Below are positions 58,055 through 64,000 of a stretch of 64,000 nucleotides of DNA, in pieces. This DNA comes from Anaeromyxobacter sp. (GTDB taxonomy: Bacteria; Myxococcota; Myxococcia; Myxococcales; Anaeromyxobacteraceae), in contig JASGJN010000020.1 in NCBI GenBank assembly GCA_049840735.1, forward strand, positions 352,001-416,000, written 5' to 3'. The notes beneath the pieces were generated by a model. The model saw nothing but the letters and a program-made list of their open reading frames with translations, was not told the origin of the DNA and searched no databases. Position numbers and translations under genes: made by a program. Each line of letters begins with the position of its first letter. Positions within the stretch are counted from its first letter, which is position 1.

Positions 58055-58426
58055 ATGCCCGAGCTGAGCCACTTCGCCATCCACGCCGACGATCCCGCGC
58101 GCGCCCGCGCCTTCTACGAGCGCGTCTTCGGCTGGGCCTTCGAGGTCCGGGCCCCCGGAGTCTTCGCGCTGCGGGGCGGCGCCGGGGCGCCACGGATGGA
58201 GGCCTCCATCCAGGCGCGCCGCGAGCTGAACGGCCGGGCCGTGCACGGCTTCGAGTGCACGGTGGCCGTGGACGACCTGGACGCCGTCGAGACCGCGGCG
58301 GTCGCCGCGGGCGGGAAGCTCCTGGGCGCGCGGACCACCCTCCCCGGCGTGGGCGAGCTCCGGTTCATCGAGGACACCGAGGGGAACGTGGTGGGAGCCA
58401 TGCGCTACGCGCCCGGGGCGCGGTGA
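58055..58426 (+). CDS. VOC/glyoxalase family protein
   Basis: HFAIHADD..RARAFYE.VFGW.F, V.DLD, PGVG...EDTEGN. Confidence 0.9.
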   Translation: MPELSHFAIHADDPARARAFYERVFGWAFEVRAPGVFALRGGAGAPRMEASIQARRELNGRAVHGFECTVAVDDLDAVETAAVAAGGKLLGARTTLPGVGELRFIEDTEGNVVGAMRYAPGAR

Positions 58427-58471
58427 GCTCGGCGCCGCGGCTTGACAGGCTCGCCGCCAACGGAGCGCCCG

Positions 58472-59869
58472 TCAGCCCCGGTAGGCCTTGAGCCGCTTGG
58501 AGAGCGCCGACTGCGAGACGCCCACCAGCCGCGCCGCCAGCGTCTGGTTCCCGCCGGCCCGCTCCATGGCCTCCTCCACCAGCAGCCGCAGGGCACCGTC
58601 GAAGGACGGCAGCCGCTCCAGCCCGGTGAACGGGTTCCCCTCGGAGGCCGGCCCATCGGCGGCGACCTGCCGGCCGATGGCCTCGGCGAAGACCTCCATC
58701 GAGAGCACCCGCCCCTGGTGGACGCGGACCGCCTCGAACACCATGTCGCGCAGCTCGTCCACGTTGCCCGGCCAGTCGTGGGTGGCGAGCAGCTGCACCA
58801 GCTGGCGCGGCGGCGTGGGCCGCTTCTTGCCCAGCGTCCGCGCCGCCTCGTCCAGCAGCCGCTCCAGCAGCAGCGGCAGGTCTGCCTTGCGCTCGCGCAG
58901 CGGCGGGACGCGGACGCGGTGGGTGCGCAGCCGGTAGAGCAGGTCGCGGCGGAGCAGCCCGGCGCGCTCGCGGGCCGCCAGGTCCTTGCGCGAGGCGGCC
59001 ACCAGGCGGACCTTGGCGCGGCGGGGCCGCTCGGAGCCGAGCGGCGTGTACTCGCCGTCCTGCAGGAAGCGCAGCAGCCGCAGCTGCGACGGCGCCGGCA
59101 GGTCGCCGATCTCGTCGAGGAAGAGCGTGCCGTCCGCCGCCTCCTCGACCTTGCCGCGCACCGGCGGCTCGCCGGCCGGGCCGCGAGCGCGGCCGTAGAG
59201 CAGCGCGTCCGCCGCCGCCTCGTCCAGCCCGCCCAGCGGCGCCTGCACCAGCGGGCCGGCCAGGCCGGAGAGGGCGTGCGCCGCCCGCGCGATGAGCGCC
59301 TTGCCAACGCCGCGCTCGCCGGTGACGAGCAGCGGCTGGGGGCTCCCGGCCACCGCCTCCACGTACGCGAAGAGGGTGAGCATGGTCCGGTCCTGCGTGG
59401 CCAGCTCGGCGAACGCCTCCGGCCGGTGCAGCTCGCCGGTGAGCAGCCGCGTGCTCACCTCCAGGCTCTCGCGCTGCAGCCGCTGCAGCTGGACGGCGCG
59501 CAGGACCGCCGCCACCAGCCGGTCCTCCTCCTCGGTCTTGACGTGGTAGTCGTAGGCGCCCAGGCGCATGCAGCGGACGGCGGCCTCGACCTGGTTCATC
59601 CCCGAGACCACGATCACCGAGACGCCGGGGTGCTCGGCGGTGATGCGCGCCAGCAGCTCCTCGCCGGTGACCCGGGGCATGTTCAGGTCGAGCAGGACGA
59701 TGCCCACGTCGTTGCCCTGGAGCAGCTCCATGGCCCGGGCCGGGTCCTCACAGGTCAGCACGTGGGTGATGCCGGCGGCCCGCTCCAGCGCCAGCTGCGA
59801 CGCGCGCAGCCAGGCGGGCTCGTCGTCCACCAGCAGCACCGCGAAGGATGGGTTGAGCTGCGCCGTCAC
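58472..59869 (-). CDS. NtrC-family response regulator (REC-AAA+-Fis HTH) lacking GAFTGA
   Basis: LLVDDE, LLDLNMP, GAYDY; GERGVGK, GTLFLDEIG, LLRFLQ, RRDLLYRL, PPLRER, WPGNV.EL; GNQTLAARLVG. Confidence 0.92.
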   Translation of the reverse strand: MTAQLNPSFAVLLVDDEPAWLRASQLALERAAGITHVLTCEDPARAMELLQGNDVGIVLLDLNMPRVTGEELLARITAEHPGVSVIVVSGMNQVEAAVRCMRLGAYDYHVKTEEEDRLVAAVLRAVQLQRLQRESLEVSTRLLTGELHRPEAFAELATQDRTMLTLFAYVEAVAGSPQPLLVTGERGVGKALIARAAHALSGLAGPLVQAPLGGLDEAAADALLYGRARGPAGEPPVRGKVEEAADGTLFLDEIGDLPAPSQLRLLRFLQDGEYTPLGSERPRRAKVRLVAASRKDLAARERAGLLRRDLLYRLRTHRVRVPPLRERKADLPLLLERLLDEAARTLGKKRPTPPRQLVQLLATHDWPGNVDELRDMVFEAVRVHQGRVLSMEVFAEAIGRQVAADGPASEGNPFTGLERLPSFDGALRLLVEEAMERAGGNQTLAARLVGVSQSALSKRLKAYRG

Positions 59870-61605
59870 TTGCCCTCCTCGCCCGCCGGCAGCGCCAGCG
59901 TGGCGGTGGTCCCCTGCCCCGGCGCCGAGCGGAACTCCAGCCGGCCGCGGTGCTCCTGGATGATGCCGCCCGACACCGAGAGACCCAGCCCGGTGCCGCC
60001 CTCGGCGCGGCGGGTGGTGAAGAACGGCTCGAGCAGCCGGGGCAGGTGCTCGGCCGGGATGCCGATCCCCTCGTCCACCACCTCCAGCACCACCTCGCCC
60101 CGCTCGACCTCGTGGCGGGTGGCCAGGGTGATGGCGCGCTCCGGGTCGGGCAGCGCCTGGCAGGCGTTCACCAGGAGGTTCAGCACCACCTGCTCCAGCC
60201 GGCGGGGGTCGCCCTGCACCGGCGGCAAGAGCTCGGCCAGCTGGACCTTCAGGTTCCGGGTGGCGCGCCGCAGCTCGGCGTCCGCCAGGCGCACCGCGGC
60301 CCGGGCCACCTCGTTCAGGTCCAGCAGCTGTTGGCGCGGGGTGTCCTCGCGGCGGGCGAAGTCCTTGAGGTCGTCCACGATGTGCTTGATGCGCCGGCCG
60401 CAGTCCTGGATCTCCTCCACCAGCCGCGGCAGCTCGGCCCGCATCCGCTCGTAGGGCAGTCCACCCAGGGTGAACGGGCCCTCCGCCGCCGCCTTCTCGT
60501 CCAGCAGCGCGAGGGCGTCCTGGACCGCGGCCCGGAGCGGCGCCGCGTGCATGAGGATGATGCCGGTGGGGTTGTTCACCTCGTGGGCCACCCCGGACAC
60601 CAGCACCCCCAGCGCCGCCATCTTGTCGGCCTGCACCAGCTGCTGCTGCCGGATCTCCGCCGCCTCCAGGGCCAGCCGCTTCTCCGCCACCTCGCGGGCC
60701 AGCGAGGCGGTGCGCTGCGCCACCTGCCGCCGCAGCGCCCCGGTCCAGCCCAGGATGGCGGCCAGCACCGCCAGCAGCGGCAGCAGCACCGCGAGCCCGA
60801 CCTCGGCCACGGTCCGCCAGGGCAGCCCGGCTGGCTCCATCACCCCCAGCCAGCGCTCCTCGATGGCGTCGTAGCGGCCGGTGCGCTTGAGGATGGCCAG
60901 CCCCTCCTGCAGGCGGGCCAGGAGCGCGTCGTCGCCCCTGCGCACGGCGTAGCCGTACTTCTCCGACACGATGCGCGGCGCCACCGGCTCGACCAGCCCG
61001 TCCAGCCGCCGCTCCCGCAGGATGTACATGCCGGGCAGCAGCGCCAGCGCGACGTAGTCGCCCTCCCCCGCCGCCAGCCGGCCCAGCGCCTCGGCCGCGG
61101 TGGCGGTCCGGATCACCTCGGCGGCCCGGCCGTCCCGGGTGACGAGCTCGTCCATGAAGCCGTTGCGGAAGACCAGCACCCGCTTGCCGGCCACCGCCTC
61201 CAGCCCGGGCGCCGGCGGCGTGCCCTTCCGGGCGAAGAGCGCGTGCTGCACCACCGTGGTCGGGGGCGTGAACTCCATCGCCTCGGCCCGCTGCGCCGAC
61301 CAGGTGATCCCCTCCAGCGCGTCCACCTCGCCCCGCTCCAGCGCGCCGCGGACCTCCGCCCAGGACCCGAAGCGGAACTCGACCTGCATCCCCATCACCT
61401 CGGCCACGGCGCGGGTCAGGTCCACGTTGAAGCCGGCCGGCCGCCCGGAGGCGTCGAGGAACTCGTAGGGCGGGTAGTCGCGCTGCGCGCCGATCACCAC
61501 GCGGTCGCGCGCCGCCGACGCGTCGGCGACCGCGGACCGCGGCCCCGCCAGCGCGGCCAGCAGCAGCGCGAGGAAGGTGGAGGTGGGACAGCCCCGGGCC
61601 GACAT
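59866..61605 (-). CDS. Sensor histidine kinase with periplasmic substrate-binding (PBPb) domain (start uncertain)
   Basis: DYPPYEF...GFNVDL, TM, GVAHEVNNP, QVVLNLLVNA, DEGIGI, PFFTT, GTGLGL; stop overlaps regulator start. Confidence 0.92.
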   Translation of the reverse strand: MSARGCPTSTFLALLLAALAGPRSAVADASAARDRVVIGAQRDYPPYEFLDASGRPAGFNVDLTRAVAEVMGMQVEFRFGSWAEVRGALERGEVDALEGITWSAQRAEAMEFTPPTTVVQHALFARKGTPPAPGLEAVAGKRVLVFRNGFMDELVTRDGRAAEVIRTATAAEALGRLAAGEGDYVALALLPGMYILRERRLDGLVEPVAPRIVSEKYGYAVRRGDDALLARLQEGLAILKRTGRYDAIEERWLGVMEPAGLPWRTVAEVGLAVLLPLLAVLAAILGWTGALRRQVAQRTASLAREVAEKRLALEAAEIRQQQLVQADKMAALGVLVSGVAHEVNNPTGIILMHAAPLRAAVQDALALLDEKAAAEGPFTLGGLPYERMRAELPRLVEEIQDCGRRIKHIVDDLKDFARREDTPRQQLLDLNEVARAAVRLADAELRRATRNLKVQLAELLPPVQGDPRRLEQVVLNLLVNACQALPDPERAITLATRHEVERGEVVLEVVDEGIGIPAEHLPRLLEPFFTTRRAEGGTGLGLSVSGGIIQEHRGRLEFRSAPGQGTTATLALPAGEEGK

Positions 61606-61654
61606 CGGGCCGAACGTACCGGACAGGGTCCGGGCCGACAAGGCCGCGGCGCGG

Positions 61655-62806
61655 TTACAGGCTGGGCGCCACGAAGCCGCGGGCCGGCTTGCCGAACAGG
61701 TAGCCCTGGAACAGGTCGCACCCGAGGGCGCAGAGCGTGTCGCGCTCCGCGGGCAGCTCGATGCCCTCGGAGATGACCTGGATGCCCAGCTCCTCGGCGA
61801 GCCGCACCACCGAGCGGATCACGCTCTGCTTGAGCGGGCTCTGGTCCACGCCGCGCACCAGCGACATGTCCAGCTTGACCACGTCCGGCTCGATGCGGGC
61901 GAAGGAGGAGAGGCCGGCGTAGCCGGCGCCCAGGTCGTCCACGGCCAGCCTGTAGCCCAGCGCGCGCAGCCGCTCGACGCGGGCGTGGATGTCCGAGACC
62001 TCCTCCAGCGCCGTCCGCTCGGTGATCTCCAGCACCACGCGCGAGGCGTGGCGCGAGAGCGGCGCGGCCGGATCCATCAGGTCCGGATCCTCGAGATCGC
62101 GGGCGTGCAGGTTCACGAACAGCAGCGCCCCCTGGGGCGCGGCGGCGGCCTGCGACGCCACGCGGGCGCGGATGGCGCGGCCCAGATCGGCCAGGCGGCC
62201 CAGCCGCTCGGCGGCGGAGATGATGAGGTCCGGGCGCCCCATGGCGCCGTCGGAGCGGACCAGCGCCTCGTAGCCGAAGAGGCCGCGGCGGCCCCAGGTG
62301 ACGATGGGCTGGAAGCCCATCCACAGCCCGGCCAGCGCGTCGTCGAACTTCTCGGCGAGCTGGATCTCCTCGTCGCTGGGGCGGAGCGTGGGAACCGGGG
62401 TGGGCGCAGGTGCGGCCTGCCCTTCCCGCCGCAGGCGCGCCTTCTCGCCCTGCTCGGCCGCGCCGCGCACGGTCTCGCGCAGCGCCTCGATGTCCACGGG
62501 CTTGGTCAGGTAGCGGTAGGCGCCGTACTCGACGGCCCGCACGGCGGTCTCGAGCGCGGGGCCGCCCGTCACCAGCACCACCGGCACGTCCAGCGAGAGC
62601 TCGCGCAGCGCGCGCAGGAACTCGATGCCGGAGAGGCGCGGCATGTTGATGTCGGACACCACGGCGTCGAAGCCGCCGCGCCGCACCTTCTCGAGCGCCT
62701 CCATTCCGTCGGAGGCGGTGTCGAGCGAGAGGCCCGAGGTGCGGAGCACCTTGGTGTACGCCAACCGCACGATGGGATCGTCTTCGACGAGGAGTACCTG
62801 GCTCAC
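61655..62806 (-). CDS. REC-EAL cyclic-di-GMP phosphodiesterase response regulator
   Basis: VLLVEDD, SDINMP, KP; FQPIV, YEALVR, LFVNL, LEITE, DDLGAGYAGL, KLD, EGIE, QGYLFGKP. Confidence 0.92.
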   Translation of the reverse strand: MSQVLLVEDDPIVRLAYTKVLRTSGLSLDTASDGMEALEKVRRGGFDAVVSDINMPRLSGIEFLRALRELSLDVPVVLVTGGPALETAVRAVEYGAYRYLTKPVDIEALRETVRGAAEQGEKARLRREGQAAPAPTPVPTLRPSDEEIQLAEKFDDALAGLWMGFQPIVTWGRRGLFGYEALVRSDGAMGRPDLIISAAERLGRLADLGRAIRARVASQAAAAPQGALLFVNLHARDLEDPDLMDPAAPLSRHASRVVLEITERTALEEVSDIHARVERLRALGYRLAVDDLGAGYAGLSSFARIEPDVVKLDMSLVRGVDQSPLKQSVIRSVVRLAEELGIQVISEGIELPAERDTLCALGCDLFQGYLFGKPARGFVAPSL

Positions 62807-62828
62807 AGTGTCACCCGGGGGTGGCCAG

Positions 62829-62844
62829 AGCAGGCGCCGTGCCA
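62829..62844 (-). promoter_or_regulatory. Candidate sigma54 promoter for the EAL-HK-regulator cluster
   Basis: Minus strand TGGCACGGCGCCTGCT (TGGCAC-N5-YTGC); palindromes upstream at 62909-62925 and 62944-62967. Confidence 0.6.
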
Positions 62845-63029
62845 GCAGCAGCCAGTGACTGAGCGTCCGGATTTCGCGGACCTGGGCCGAGGGGCTCCCT
62901 CCGGCGGTGGGCACCCCGGGTGCCCCTGACTGCACCCTCCTCCCCAGTCGGGTGAACGCCCGACTGGAGAGTAGAGTGGTCCTATCTCACGCGAGGTGGG
63001 TTTCGGCCGACCCCGGATGAGACATCCGC

Positions 63030-64000
63030 CTACCTCGGCTCCGGCGCGGCCGAGGCGGGATTGGCCGGCCGAGCCTGGCCCGCCCCCTCCGCCGGGCTCA
63101 GGACCGGCACCAGGAGCGTCAACGCGATCAGCACAAGCTGCGAGCCGATGAAGGACGTCAGCGCCCAGAAGCCGCTGTCGGTGAAGCCGTAGGAGTGGAG
63201 CCCCACGCCCAGCATGTTCACGCCGAACCAGGACAGGCTGGTGATGATGTTCCCGCCGATGGCCATGGCCATGATCCCGCGATCCCGGGCGAACCCGCCC
63301 CAGCGGGCGTGCAGGATGATGGCGTTCCACAGCACGATCAGCAGCGCCCCGTTCTCCTTGGGATCCCAGCCCCAGAACCGGCCCCAGGACTGGTCGGCCC
63401 AGATCCCGCCCAGCACCGTGCCGACGAAGCTGAACAGGAGCGCGAAGCAGATCACGCCGTAGGTGGCGGCGGCGAGCTGCCTGAGCACGGCGACGTCCCG
63501 GCCGCGGTCCACGTAGCGGAAGACGGTCCAGGCGATGGCCAGCGCGCCCGCCAGGAAGGTGCCGGCGTAGCCGATGGTGATGGTGGTGACGTGGGTGCCG
63601 AGCCAGAAGTTGGAGTCCAGCACCGCCCGCATCATCTCCATGGTGTCGCCGGCGCGGGCCAGGTGGTGGGCGATGAGGAGCGTGGCGAACCCGACCACCG
63701 ACGCCACCACCGTGCCCAGGCCGTTGCGGTAGATCCGCTCCAGCACCACACCCACCAGCACCGCGGCCCACCCCACGAAGACCGCCGAGGAGTAGAGGTT
63801 CGTCACCGGCGCGTACCCCTGCAGCAGCACGCGCGAGGCGAGCCCGGCGGTGTGGACCACCGCGCCCGCGGCCAGGAAGGCGAAGGCCAGCGAGCGGAAG
63901 AGCTCCGGCCTGACCAGCCAGGAGCAGGCCAGCGCCAGGAAGGCCAGCACGTACAGCGTCATGCCGCCCAGGAACGGCTGCGCGCGGTTGAAGACGATCT
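63030..64000 (-). CDS. ccsA: Cytochrome c biogenesis protein CcsA/ResC, C-terminal part (starts beyond window)
   Basis: PVTNLYSS, AVLDSNFWL.TH, LGGIWADQSWGRFWGWDPKEN, GVNMLGVGLHSYG. Confidence 0.93.
   Translation of the reverse strand, partial: IVFNRAQPFLGGMTLYVLAFLALACSWLVRPELFRSLAFAFLAAGAVVHTAGLASRVLLQGYAPVTNLYSSAVFVGWAAVLVGVVLERIYRNGLGTVVASVVGFATLLIAHHLARAGDTMEMMRAVLDSNFWLGTHVTTITIGYAGTFLAGALAIAWTVFRYVDRGRDVAVLRQLAAATYGVICFALLFSFVGTVLGGIWADQSWGRFWGWDPKENGALLIVLWNAIILHARWGGFARDRGIMAMAIGGNIITSLSWFGVNMLGVGLHSYGFTDSGFWALTSFIGSQLVLIALTLLVPVLSPAEGAGQARPANPASAAPEPR

Overview
Very GC-rich bacterial chromosome segment, most likely from an Anaeromyxobacter-like myxobacterium (inferred from a MYXO-CTERM-tailed M36 peptidase, gene content and extreme GC3 bias). 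About 55 genes can be supported, mostly housekeeping, metabolic and signalling: acs (partial), GH57/DUF3536, thiD, purT, tnaA, AsmA, an SPFH + Zn-ribbon pair, cls, DTW, an EF-G paralogue, class I fumarase, SIMPL, FKBP, rnhA, pepD, LOG, pfk, SET, a CHASE kinase, Lhr, kbl-tdh, HDOD, an EAL-HK-bEBP cluster and ccsA (partial). No rRNA, tRNA or CRISPR array was seen. Most notable: (1) a lower-GC island at ~49.2-53.6 kb made of four start-less toxin-tail-like fragments, each followed by a small immunity-like gene, with a repeated 68-bp glycine-rich hinge, an ISAs1 insertion (12-bp target duplication) and a second orphan IS end; (2) a REP-like repeat family with fixed arms around a hairpin whose sequence differs in every copy yet stays base-paired; (3) about 13 frameshifts, 8 of which are a +1 base inside GATC, plus GATC->GATT/AATC substitutions, pointing to long-read consensus errors caused by cytosine methylation at GATC rather than real pseudogenes; (4) a coupled NifU-like + DsrE/SaoD-like gene pair; (5) an NtrC-type regulator lacking GAFTGA at the end of an apparently sigma54-driven operon. 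All product calls come from motif recognition, not database searches.
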